From NCBI GenBank assembly GCA_012270885.1, contig JAAXHN010000013.1, forward strand, positions 1,432 through 65,431: a DNA stretch of 64,000 bases. The letters run 5' to 3'. The stretch comes from Acidimicrobiia bacterium. GTDB lineage: Bacteria; Actinomycetota; Acidimicrobiia; Spongiisociales; ZC4RG35. The notes under the pieces are model-generated. The model had not been told where the DNA came from. It searched no databases and saw only the letters and a list, made by a program, of their open reading frames with translations. The number at the start of each line of letters is the position of its first letter. Position 1 is the first letter of the stretch. This document shows, in pieces, positions 9,784 to 18,436 of the stretch. The translations under genes and the position numbers were made by a program.

Positions 9784-10898
9784 ATGAGGATACTGAACGG
9801 GATTGACCGGTTCAGGGTGGTGTTCGACGACGAGTCTCTGGTGGCCGCTGCGGGGTTGCTGGTGGCGGGAACGTTGATGAAGAGGTTGGGGTTGGAGGGC
9901 CTGTTGGACGAGACCGTACGGTTGGGAGACCGCCCGGGGGAGCCCGTCCGGGAAGGAAAGTCCTGTCTTTGGTGGCTTCGATGCTGACCGGGGGTTCTCA
10001 TATCGATCATGCCGACCGGCTGCGGGTCGGGTCCACTCAGCGGGTGTTGCCGTTTCGGGTGATGGCCCCTTCCACATTGGGAACGTTTCTGCGTTCGTTC
10101 ACGTGGGGTCATGTCCGCCAAATGGACAAGGCCTTGGAAGAGACGCTGAGGAGAGCCTGGTCCGCGGGTGGGGGTCCCCGAGAGGATGCGCCGGTGACCA
10201 TTGATGTGGACTCCACTGTTTGTGAAGTGGCGGGTAACACCAAAGCGGGCGCTCATTATGGGTACACGGGACAGTTGGGATATCACCCATTGTTGGCAGC
10301 CCGAGCAGATACCGGGGAGATCGTCCATTCCCGCCTCCGGGGCGGTTCCTCGCAAAAAAGGCATTACCCGTTTGTTGTGAAGACGGTGAACCGTGTCAGA
10401 CGGGCAGGAGCCCGGGGTCCGCTCACGGTACGAGCCGATGCGGGGTTTTGGTCCTATCGCCTGGTCGAGGACATGGAACGTCTCCGGGTCGGGTGGTCGA
10501 TCACCATAGGCCAACATTCGCAGGTCAAAGCAGCAATCGCCAACATTGAGGACACCGCGTGGCAACAGATCGACTATCCCGAAGGTGGAGTAGCCGAGGT
10601 CGCAGAAACCGCGATTGTTGCCTCCAAGAAATGGAAGCATCGTCGAATCCGGGTGGTGGTGCGCCGCACCCGTCTCACCGACCCCGAACATGCGCAGTTG
10701 TGGCCCGACTGGCGATACCACGCCTTCGCCACCAACAGTGAACTGTCCCCGGTAGAAGCAGACACCCACCACCGGGCCCACGCCCGAATGGAACTGGCCA
10801 TACGAGACATCAAACAAAACGCCGGCCTCTCCCACTGTCCCTCCGCACCGCACGCTCACGCAACTCGGTCGGATACCTACCAGAATTATTGGCCATGA
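9784..10898 (+). pseudogene. IS1380-family transposase, frameshifted near 9950 and 3'-truncated
   Basis: The N-terminal part (MRILNGIDRFRVVFDDESLVAAAGLL...) is in the 9679 frame. The body (SMLTGGSHIDHADRLR...APSTLGTFLRSFTWGHVRQMD...YGYTGQLGYHPLLA...VRADAGFW) is in the 9969 frame. Similarity ends at ...AGLSHCPS, without the usual C-terminal third. Confidence 0.7.
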
Positions 10899-10959
10899 GA
10901 CTCCATCCTCTCAAGATAGAAAGCCTCCACAAAAGCCGAGGGGATTCAGTTTTGTGGAG

Positions 10960-11834
10960 TTAGCTCACTTGGGTGAGGGGTGTGAGGGTTCGGTTGTCGT
11001 AGTGGGTGTTTTCGTGTTCGATGGGGGTGAGCATGTCGAGTGAGGTGTGGCGCCGGCGGCGGTTGTGGAAGATTTCTAGGTATTCGAAGATAGCGTTGGC
11101 GAGTTCGATGCGGGTCGTCCAGCGTTTTCGGTCTAGCAGTTCGACTTGCATACGTGCCCAGAACGCTTCTGTGAGGGCGTTATCGAAACAGTCCCCGACG
11201 GTCACCGATCGAGGGAACCAGTCCGGAGTCGTGGGCTCGTTGAGTGAACCCCCAGCAGGGTGCATCTGGGTGCCCTGGTCGGAATGTATCACAGTCCCCG
11301 GGTGGGGTTGGCGGTTCTCAAATTGTCATACCCAACGCGGAGGTCACCAAACTCGAGGTGGCCGTGTTGTCGATCGATGAGCCCACGACCCGGCGGCTGA
11401 ACACGTCCAAAACGACAGCACAGAATCACCCTGGCTTCCCGGGTGGGATGTTCCGTTATATCGGTCACCCACAACTGGTCCGGTTTGGAACGGGCGAAGT
11501 TGCGGTCTACCAAGTCGACAGGGGTGTCGACGGGACGGGGCCGTCTTCTGGGTCTTCGGCTACCGCTGAGACCAGCTATTCCGGCTCTTCTCATCAGCAT
11601 CGCCACCGCGTTGTGCCCAACTGTGATCTGATGACCCAACCGCAACTCGGCATGTACCCGCCGCGCTCCATAGGTACCGCGTGACTGGTGATGGATCTGA
11701 CAGATGATGTCGGTCAGCCAGGCGTGACGGATAGACCGGGCCGACGGCGGACGGGACCGCCAGGCATAGAACCCCGACTGTGACACACCCAGCACCCGGC
11801 AAGCCACCTGTACGGGCAGCCGCTCGGTTCTCAT
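10960..11834 (-). pseudogene. IS3-family transposase OrfB (integrase core), multiple frameshifts, OrfA missing
   Basis: N-terminal segment ...GTYGARRVHAELRLGHQITVGHNAVAMLMRRAG...DQLWVTDITEHPT, then loss of frame. C-terminal segment IHSDQGTQ...VGDCFDNALTEAFWARMQVELLDRKRWTTRIELANAIFEYLEIFHNRRRRHTSL is in another frame, with a further internal shift. There is no OrfA upstream (above 11834). Confidence 0.75.
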
Positions 11835-11896
11835 AACCGCGATCGCTTCGTAGCGCTGTCATAGAGTGCGGTCCTTTTCCTGAATGGCGCTAGTCG

Positions 11897-12607
11897 TTGC
11901 CCGAAGGACAATCGGGGTATCGCCAGATAAGGGTCTCCCAACGCGACGTTCAAAAAGCACATGAGCGCGCCGAGGCCAGCTTTCAAGACTCACAGAAGGC
12001 CTTCGAGGCGAAGGTGTCCGACGGCCTCAAAACCATGGCTGATAGTGCTCGTAGCTACTCAGAACAACTGGCAGAGCTGCTGGAAAACGTCCAAGAGCAA
12101 AAAACGGATGCGTCAGAGGCGATAGGCGACCTGCTCAACAAATTGCAGAAAGAGTACGGTTTCGTTGCTTCGCAAGTGCTCGGGGAAGCACATGGCAAGG
12201 CGGCTCCGGTTGAGCGATCGACTGCCGACGCCCACAAGAAACGAGCAAGGAATTACTCACTGTGGGCAGCTGTCGCGGCTGTGCTCGTCATTGCCCAAGA
12301 TCGAGTAGCGCAGGTCATGGGCTGGTGGACAAACGACTGGGACCAATGGTTTGACATCTTCAGGTCCCTCCCCGTCCTGGGGAGTCCCGTGGCTATCCTG
12401 ATCTTCCTAGCAGTCCGAGAAGGACAATCGGCAAAGACTCATTCTGCGCATCATGCCAGGTTGCAGAGCCTCGAACTGCAACTCAAGTCTTGGGAACCTT
12501 ACCTGAGCACCCTGAACGAGGAAACGCGGGTGCAAATGGAAAGGGAAGTCACTCCCAAGTTGTTCGTCGGGGATGTTGGAGCAACCCACCTACCTACGCA
12601 GGAGTAG
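11897..12607 (+). CDS. Hypothetical two-TM membrane protein with N-terminal coiled-coil region (5' end possibly truncated by the IS remnant)
   Basis: Lower-G+C ORF convergent with the DndE-like gene. Helical charged N-terminus and two hydrophobic segments (YSLWAAVAAVLVIAQ, LPVLGSPVAILIFLAV). Only a TTG start is available directly after an in-frame stop. Confidence 0.45.
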   Translation: MPEGQSGYRQIRVSQRDVQKAHERAEASFQDSQKAFEAKVSDGLKTMADSARSYSEQLAELLENVQEQKTDASEAIGDLLNKLQKEYGFVASQVLGEAHGKAAPVERSTADAHKKRARNYSLWAAVAAVLVIAQDRVAQVMGWWTNDWDQWFDIFRSLPVLGSPVAILIFLAVREGQSAKTHSAHHARLQSLELQLKSWEPYLSTLNEETRVQMEREVTPKLFVGDVGATHLPTQE

Positions 12608-12770
12608 AGCATTCCCCTCTCTTCCCACCAGATGCTGCACCACTCTTTTCTCTCGTTTTGGGGTGTTTGTCGGTAGCGCTCTCTCCGGCGTTCTTCTGGC
12701 AGATTTGGGGCTGTCGTGTTGCTTGACTGTGGACACCAAGAACTGTGGTGACGAAACTCATAAGCCGCAC

Positions 12771-13148
12771 TCAGTCAGGGAAACCCACTTCGGGGAGGAG
12801 GTCCGAAATGGAGCCGATTGCGCCCGAACGGAGCGCTTCGGCAATGGCAAGGAGTCCCTTGTTGGCAAGAGTTTCCACAGCGTAATAAGGCTCGTCTAGT
12901 TCACCATAAAGGGCTACAACCAACCCCTCGATTCTCCTGTCCGGGTCGAGAGTCCCTGTGTTAGCGGTGTAATTGTCCTTGCTGCCGGGTACGCCAAAGT
13001 TGTCAGGCCGATCGAGATCGAATCCATGGGTAACCGCGTAAGCGAACCCCAGTCTGACGAGGTCTGCTCTTTCGGGCATGTTGAAGCTGTCCATCTGCTT
13101 TGATGCCGCTGTACCAGCAGGTGTTAGAGCTACGGTTGTCTTGGGCAT
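12771..13148 (-). CDS. DndE-like small protein (last gene of the candidate system)
   Basis: 125 aa. Its start lies 1 nt after the stop of the DndD-like gene. The pattern ...ADLVRLGFAYAV...TGTLDPDRRIEGLVVALYG...VETLANKGLLAIAEAL...SISDLL resembles the DndE family (PF08870) as I recall it. Needs a profile search. Confidence 0.45.
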   Translation of the reverse strand: MPKTTVALTPAGTAASKQMDSFNMPERADLVRLGFAYAVTHGFDLDRPDNFGVPGSKDNYTANTGTLDPDRRIEGLVVALYGELDEPYYAVETLANKGLLAIAEALRSGAIGSISDLLPEVGFPD

Positions 13149-13149
13149 C

Positions 13150-15081
13150 TTAGGAGGATCCTATCTTGAGGATTTCGGTGTGACGGGCAGACCTACGGGT
13201 TAGTTGTCTTTCACATAGGAGACTTGACTGCAAAGTGCTGTGCGCTTCCAGGGTTTTGATCTCGCCTTCGTGGACAAATACAACCACCTGTGCGGCGACA
13301 GTTGGGAGTGCCCTAAGGGTGTTGAGCTTGTGTTTCGGATCGAGTCGAGCGAAGGCCATGTCCATGAATATCGGGGCTTGTACAGGAGCGCAGCGCTGGA
13401 GGGCAGCGATGAGCGAGAGAGCCACGATGTGCTCGTACCCTGCCGATCGATGCGGTTCGAGTTCTCCGTCCCGGTGGACTATTGATAAGCCGTAGTCCTC
13501 GTTGATCGAGAGTCGGACAAAGTCCGGATCGGATCGGATCGACAGGAAAACCTCTGTGGCTTCATGTTCGACGCGTTGTGTGAGCTCCTTGCGGTACCTG
13601 TCGATAGCGTCTGAGTAAAGGCGTTGAAGGCTTGTGAGAAGATGCTGCTTCCTAGTTGCCACCCTTCCCTCCTCGCCACTGCCCTGTGCGATAATAGCTG
13701 CTAGACGTTTTGCCTCTTCGGCGTATTCGTCTCGTTTCTCTACAGCTTCTTGGAGGGCCTCTCGGTTGATGCGTAACTGCACCTTGGTGTTAGCTAGTTT
13801 CTTTGGAAGGTCGGAAAGGACGGGCTCGTCAAGGCCTTCGACTTGCTCCTCCGCTTCGGCTAGGTCAGAAGCAAGGTCGTGGACCTTCATAGCCATATCT
13901 TGTAGAGTCCTGTTTCTTTCGTCCAAGCGCGCAACGGCAGCAGGATCCAAGACTCGCTCCAGTGACTGGATACGAGACCTAATCGCCTCCAGGGCAGCTC
14001 TTTGGTCGTGAGCGGACTGGACACCTTCGATTCCTGGATGGAGCGCGGGCTGAAGGCAACACGGGCACTCGCCCGTTTCGTCAAGCTCCTTTCGGAGTTG
14101 GATCAGTTGCTGCTCTCGATCAAAGACATGTTGCGCCAGTTCAAGCCCCTCACGTTCCGCCCTTAACTTGTCAAGCTTCGTTTCAAGTGTTGGCGTGAGG
14201 ACGGCGGTCCACGCCTGCGGTGCAATCTCCTTGAACCTCTCGCGTGCAGATTCGAGTTCTTTCTTGGCCTCCTTGTGAGCTCTGGCTATCTGACGACGAG
14301 CATCGAGCAAATCTCGTGCTGTCTGAGAGTCGGTCATGTGCTGCTCGATCTCACTTCTCTCATCCTCTAGCTTCTTGATGGCCATTTCAATTTTGCTGAT
14401 GTCCTCATTTCGTTTTTCCAAGACTTTTTCCAGCTGCGGAAACTGCTTGACAGCTGCCGCAGCCTGCGCATCCTTCGTTCTCAGTTTTGAGATGACTTTG
14501 GTGTGTTCATCCGTGAGTGTCCGGAGGTCTTTAATTGCATTCTTCAAGACTGGGACACCGAGTATCCGCTCTATCGCCTTTTTCAGTTCCTCCCCTGCGG
14601 TCGGGTCGTGCAATAGATCCTCATAGCGGTTTAGGGCTTCGGCATCGAAAAGAAAAAACTGCTGGATTTCTTCGGGGATCATCTGCTGTAAGGTTGCCTG
14701 CGCGTCCTCGAAACTGAGAGCATCCGACTCTCGTATGACATCTAGGCGCCGCTTGAGTGTGTCGCCTTCAAGGATTACGGAGCGGGTCAATGTGTAGCAG
14801 TCGTGTCGCCAGTTGACCCTCGCTGTGACCCTGGCCATGACTGGTGCCCCGTTAGCCTCGGCGACGGCTTCTCGGTTTACCAAAAGCCGATCATCGCGAA
14901 TCTGGCCGTACCGCTCGAAGAACTTGCCGGTGAAAAGCCATCGAACGGAGTTGAAGATGGTGGTCTTCCCATAATTGTTGTCGCCGTAGATCACTGCGAC
15001 TCCATCTCGGTCAGGTAACTCGAGGGCCTGATTGCCTTTGAACGGGCCGAAGTTGGAGTATCCGATCCGGTGGAGTCTCAC
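13150..15081 (-). CDS. DndD-like SMC/Rad50-type ATPase
   Basis: 643 aa with a GTG start in a GTGA overlap with the upstream 63-aa ORF. N-terminal MRLHRIGYSNFGPFKG...YGDNNYGKTT (Walker A, about 14959-14988). Long charged heptad-rich middle with ETGECPCCLQP (14049-14083). C-terminal RSAGYEHIVALSLIAAL (signature-like) and IFMDMAFARLDPKHK...QVVVFVHEGEI, matching the DndD-type D-loop/RLD..H tail. Confidence 0.65.
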   Translation of the reverse strand: MRLHRIGYSNFGPFKGNQALELPDRDGVAVIYGDNNYGKTTIFNSVRWLFTGKFFERYGQIRDDRLLVNREAVAEANGAPVMARVTARVNWRHDCYTLTRSVILEGDTLKRRLDVIRESDALSFEDAQATLQQMIPEEIQQFFLFDAEALNRYEDLLHDPTAGEELKKAIERILGVPVLKNAIKDLRTLTDEHTKVISKLRTKDAQAAAAVKQFPQLEKVLEKRNEDISKIEMAIKKLEDERSEIEQHMTDSQTARDLLDARRQIARAHKEAKKELESARERFKEIAPQAWTAVLTPTLETKLDKLRAEREGLELAQHVFDREQQLIQLRKELDETGECPCCLQPALHPGIEGVQSAHDQRAALEAIRSRIQSLERVLDPAAVARLDERNRTLQDMAMKVHDLASDLAEAEEQVEGLDEPVLSDLPKKLANTKVQLRINREALQEAVEKRDEYAEEAKRLAAIIAQGSGEEGRVATRKQHLLTSLQRLYSDAIDRYRKELTQRVEHEATEVFLSIRSDPDFVRLSINEDYGLSIVHRDGELEPHRSAGYEHIVALSLIAALQRCAPVQAPIFMDMAFARLDPKHKLNTLRALPTVAAQVVVFVHEGEIKTLEAHSTLQSSLLCERQLTRRSARHTEILKIGSS

Positions 15082-15269
15082 TCTGCACCAAATTCGGCAA
15101 GAAAGGCATCGATGGCCTGCCTGAGTCGGGCGAGGACTTCCGACCGTCGATTGAGATGGCGCCGTTCGATTGTCAAAATTTCCGCCACGAGAACAGCATC
15201 AAGTTCAGAGTATTGAGCTGCCCGGAGAGCTTCGACGGTGTCCTGTAACTGTTCGCGCACTATTCCCAC
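15078..15269 (-). CDS. Hypothetical 63-aa helical protein, translationally coupled to the DndD-like gene
   Basis: GTG start at 15269 directly abutting the inverted-repeat element. Its stop overlaps the downstream start (GTGA). No recognisable motif. Confidence 0.4.
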   Translation of the reverse strand: MGIVREQLQDTVEALRAAQYSELDAVLVAEILTIERRHLNRRSEVLARLRQAIDAFLAEFGAE

Positions 15270-15272
15270 ATG

Positions 15273-15433
15273 TTAGACCCGAGTTTGGCGGGTGGTTTGG
15301 TGTTTCCCCAGGTCGGGGGGCGTACGCGAAAGGAGTGTTTCCACTACGTTGGGGGTTGGACCCTGGAATTCCCCCGCTTTTGCGGACTGAATCCCCCCAC
15401 CAAACCACTTGACCCGCCAAACTCGGGTTAGAG
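15273..15433. repeat. About 160-bp element bounded by long imperfect inverted repeats (MITE-like or structured RNA) inside the candidate operon
   Basis: Left arm 15277-15302, acccgagtttggcgggt-ggtttggtg. Its reverse complement is at 15398-15428 (caccaaacc-acttg-acccgccaaactcgggt): 17 + 9 identical nt with a 5-nt insertion. The G-run/C-run-rich interior has several alternative pairings. Confidence 0.7.
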
Positions 15434-15472
15434 CATTGGTTGACTTGGCGTCCAGCCGGTTCAAGCGAAGGA

Positions 15473-17587
15473 CTAGTCATCGTCGGCCTCGAACCCTCCG
15501 GAGACGTCCGGGTGGGTGAGGTCACCGCCAGCGTCGGCAAACGCTTGGTAAAGTGCGCCTACGCTTGCATTGGTAAAGGCGCTTCTGGCGAATTCGGCCG
15601 CGCGAGCTAGTTCGCCCAGAATCATTGATCGGCCGCTGGGCTCCAAGGGGGGTTCAGGAACGACAATCGTATCGTAGATCTCAGCGTATGGCTTGTCTTC
15701 CGCCCTGCGTAGAACACGACCTCTTCTCTGGATGAACTCCCGTGGGTTGCGGGACGATGCGAGGATCAAAGCGTGGGTCGCTACGGGAATGTCGACACCT
15801 TCGTCGAGGCAACGGATAGAAACGACCACCCCGCCATTGATGGCGAAGTTGTCCAAGGTGGCCGAACGGTTGCCGGTCATGGCGGAGTGATACTCGGTAA
15901 CCGGAAGGTTTGCGTCAAGAAGTTCCGTAACGACCTCCCGGAGCTGGTCCTGATCCTCGCAGTAAACCAACCACCGCTGGCCTTCGCGGAAATGGTCGCT
16001 CACCACGGACCGAGCGAGGGGTATCTTTGCCGTCGCTTTCTTGATCACCCGCCCCCTTCGTATGAAGAGGCCTTTCACCAGCGGATGTTGCAGCACCTGG
16101 TCTTGCGGGTCATCAGCATCACCGTAACGCGCTATTAGACGTGAAATCCGTTTCGAAAGTTCGTTCCATTGTTTCTGTTCGTGATCAGAAAGACGTACGA
16201 CATAGGGTTCATAGGTGTACGGAGTGAGGATGGGAGGGTCGGTGTTTAGGGCGTCTTGCAACGTGAAGATGTCGATTATCCCATTGAAATACCCGATCAA
16301 CGCACTGGTGCCATCCGTATCTCCAGCTCGTTCCGGTGTTGCGCTAAGACCTAGGCGGGCGACCGCTGGTACGTCGAGAAGCTGTCGTGCCTGAGGCGCG
16401 CCGAGGCGGTGAACTTCGTCGGCGACGACAAACAAGCGACTAATCGTTCTCTTCAGGTGACCAAGGAACCTGGGAGAGGAAGCCGTCGTTATGGTGCTAA
16501 CAACAACTCGGTTTTCTTCCGTTTGTCTCAGCCAGGGTCCTAGCAAGTTGTTCCACTCCCTGTAGTCACCACCGCAGGGATGCACGCGAACACACAGGTC
16601 GCGCAGATGTTCACGGAGTTCGCCTGTCCATTGGTCGAGTAGGGCAACACTGGGGACAAGGACAACTGGACAGTGCCCGCGACGCAGTTCTCGTCGAATG
16701 GCCTCCATCGCCGTGAAGGTCTTCCCGGTAGCGGTGGCGTGTTTTATGAGACCGATCCGCCCGGCCGACTCCCAGGCTTCAATCGCCTTCTTCTGATGCG
16801 GCCGCAGGGTGAATCGTGCCAACGGCGCTGGTTGTTGGGATATACGCTTCTGAACTGCTAATTCTTCTGCTTTGATCTGCCAAGGATCACTTTCGGCAGC
16901 CACACGGCTGAACTCCTCTAAGGCGATGTTGGGAACCTCATGGACATCCACGCCCTGTGCCTCGCCCCGCCATAGCTTTTCAAACCTCTCCTTGTTTGAC
17001 GAAACGCGGTCGGTCTCTCGACCACCCGCCCAGGAAGTCCAAACGGTGATCGAGTCGACGTTTCCCCCGGGCGCGAAGCCGAGATACGTTTCATTGATGC
17101 CACCTCGGAACCCGATAGCATCATTGTTTGCGTCGAAGAACAACCCGGTCTTATCGTGAAACATCGCCTTTGATGATGACTCTGCATGTCGAGATCGCTG
17201 AGCGATGCGAATGTCAACTACACCGTCGACTATGAGGCCAGCAAGAGCCTTGGCTGGTTCAGAAAGGTAAGGGCTTTGCAAGAGACGTTTGTAATCCTCA
17301 AGGAGAACCTCAGCCAGTTCATTGCTCGTCAGAACCCGGTAGGCGTTTTCGATGGCTTGGGCGTCGGCGGCGCTAAGCGCAGGAGAGCAGATGATGCGGA
17401 TCTTGCCGCCGCGGGCAGCAAAGTTAACGATCTCAGCCCAAACGATGAGATACACTGCACTACTGAAATAGCCGCTGATTCGGTCATAGCGAATTGCGTC
17501 GCGCATACAAGGACGATAGAACTCAGCTGCCACGTCATGGTCGTCGGTGAAATACTCGGCGGCGGGTTCCCAGTCGCGGAAGGCCAT
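15473..17587 (-). CDS. PLD(HKD)-family nuclease domain fused to SF2 (DEAD/DEAH, ResIII-type) helicase
   Basis: 704 aa. A single HxK motif, AMFHDKTGLFFD...GGINET, lies at about residue 144 (near 17156). Helicase motifs HATATGKT (I), VVADEVHRLG (II), LGLSATPER (III), LDEGVDIP (V), QRRGRVLRR (VI). Confidence 0.85.
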   Translation of the reverse strand: MAFRDWEPAAEYFTDDHDVAAEFYRPCMRDAIRYDRISGYFSSAVYLIVWAEIVNFAARGGKIRIICSPALSAADAQAIENAYRVLTSNELAEVLLEDYKRLLQSPYLSEPAKALAGLIVDGVVDIRIAQRSRHAESSSKAMFHDKTGLFFDANNDAIGFRGGINETYLGFAPGGNVDSITVWTSWAGGRETDRVSSNKERFEKLWRGEAQGVDVHEVPNIALEEFSRVAAESDPWQIKAEELAVQKRISQQPAPLARFTLRPHQKKAIEAWESAGRIGLIKHATATGKTFTAMEAIRRELRRGHCPVVLVPSVALLDQWTGELREHLRDLCVRVHPCGGDYREWNNLLGPWLRQTEENRVVVSTITTASSPRFLGHLKRTISRLFVVADEVHRLGAPQARQLLDVPAVARLGLSATPERAGDTDGTSALIGYFNGIIDIFTLQDALNTDPPILTPYTYEPYVVRLSDHEQKQWNELSKRISRLIARYGDADDPQDQVLQHPLVKGLFIRRGRVIKKATAKIPLARSVVSDHFREGQRWLVYCEDQDQLREVVTELLDANLPVTEYHSAMTGNRSATLDNFAINGGVVVSIRCLDEGVDIPVATHALILASSRNPREFIQRRGRVLRRAEDKPYAEIYDTIVVPEPPLEPSGRSMILGELARAAEFARSAFTNASVGALYQAFADAGGDLTHPDVSGGFEADDD

Positions 17588-17588
17588 G

Positions 17589-18158
17589 TCAACGACCTCC
17601 CATGAGTGTCCTTTGAATGCCTAGCTTGAATCGTGTTTCGATGGCTTGTACCAGCGATGACCTGCGGCAGGTGACAATGCTCGCCGGTGTAGGGCCGAAA
17701 ATCGTCTTGCGGACGTACTTCGTGGACACCGAGACTCCGCTTACCACCGCCTCAGCTAGCGCCTCCACGGACACTCCCAGGTTGCGGGAATAAGAGATCC
17801 CCTCACGTACCATAAACAGCTCAGCATCCCACAGGATCCATGTTCGGAACTGTGCTGCGAACCCGCAGAACAAGACCAGCCTCCCAGGCTCACAGGGAAT
17901 GTGAATCCTAGCGCCACGGCGCCTGCCTGGCAACGTGATCTGAATCTTGTGTACCCCAATTTCCCGCTCGGTCGGAGCCGTAGCATGCCACAGGTAAGCC
18001 TGGATGCTGTGGCCTCCCGGTAGGGTTGCCAGAAGTGGTTTTTGACGGGGTTCGCTCTCCATAACAGAGGAGACGCCAAGGTCGTGACGAAACATAGCCT
18101 CAAGATCGGGTCGAGCGGATAAGCGCCCTCGCATCGCGTTACGGTGCCTTTCTCTCAA
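17589..18158 (-). CDS. Hypothetical protein (about 160-189 aa), directly upstream of and abutting the PLD-helicase gene
   Basis: The stop lies 1 nt from the helicase ATG. The ORF track start is TTG 18158; in-frame ATGs at 18134, 18095 and 18062 are alternatives. No motif recognised. The core reads ...GVHKIQITLPG...RIHIPCEPGRLVLFCGF...WILWDAELF... Confidence 0.5.
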   Translation of the reverse strand: MRERHRNAMRGRLSARPDLEAMFRHDLGVSSVMESEPRQKPLLATLPGGHSIQAYLWHATAPTEREIGVHKIQITLPGRRRGARIHIPCEPGRLVLFCGFAAQFRTWILWDAELFMVREGISYSRNLGVSVEALAEAVVSGVSVSTKYVRKTIFGPTPASIVTCRRSSLVQAIETRFKLGIQRTLMGGR

Positions 18159-18436
18159 GGATCATGGTTTGATGCGGATGTTGGCGCGCTTTGTCATGCT
18201 GAGAGGATGCTCGAAGTCGCCGAACTGGGTAAGCGTCGCTAACCCACGAATCGATTGTCGGAGCACTCACGGTCGGCTGTAGGTGCCTTGGGTGCGCCTG
18301 GTAGAGGCCTCGCAATGAGCTATCACGAGGCGATCCGGGCAGATTGAGAGATAGTTGCATCCGGTGTGGCCATTGGTCCTATTGCATCAAGCAGGTCTCA
18401 CGAAGAACAGTGATGTCCCCGTAGGGTTGTGAAGTG

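Noticed and set aside
10925-10959. Perfect 10-bp hairpin ctccacaaaa/ttttgtggag next to the IS3 remnant stop.
   Set aside because: A 10-bp local stem is about what chance allows once per window. It could be an IS end or a terminator, but nothing distinguishes these.
12771-15081. Reading the ATPase plus small-protein pair as a remnant of a classical dndBCDE operon that lost dndB/dndC by deletion.
   Set aside because: Not excluded. However, no dndC-like (PAPS reductase) or dndA-like remnant is visible in any frame between 15.08 and 19.9 kb, and the upstream genes are intact and tightly coupled. The composite-system reading is therefore preferred; it is kept as an alternative in the main finding.
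15273-15433. Retron-like msr/msd interpretation of the inverted-repeat element.
   Set aside because: No reverse transcriptase gene exists anywhere in the island or window. The architecture alone is insufficient.
18139-18360. 73-aa ORF in the spacer between the MTase gene and the 189-aa ORF.
   Set aside because: Arg/Ser/Pro/His-rich translation with no motif, and it overlaps the start region of the next ORF. Judged non-coding.
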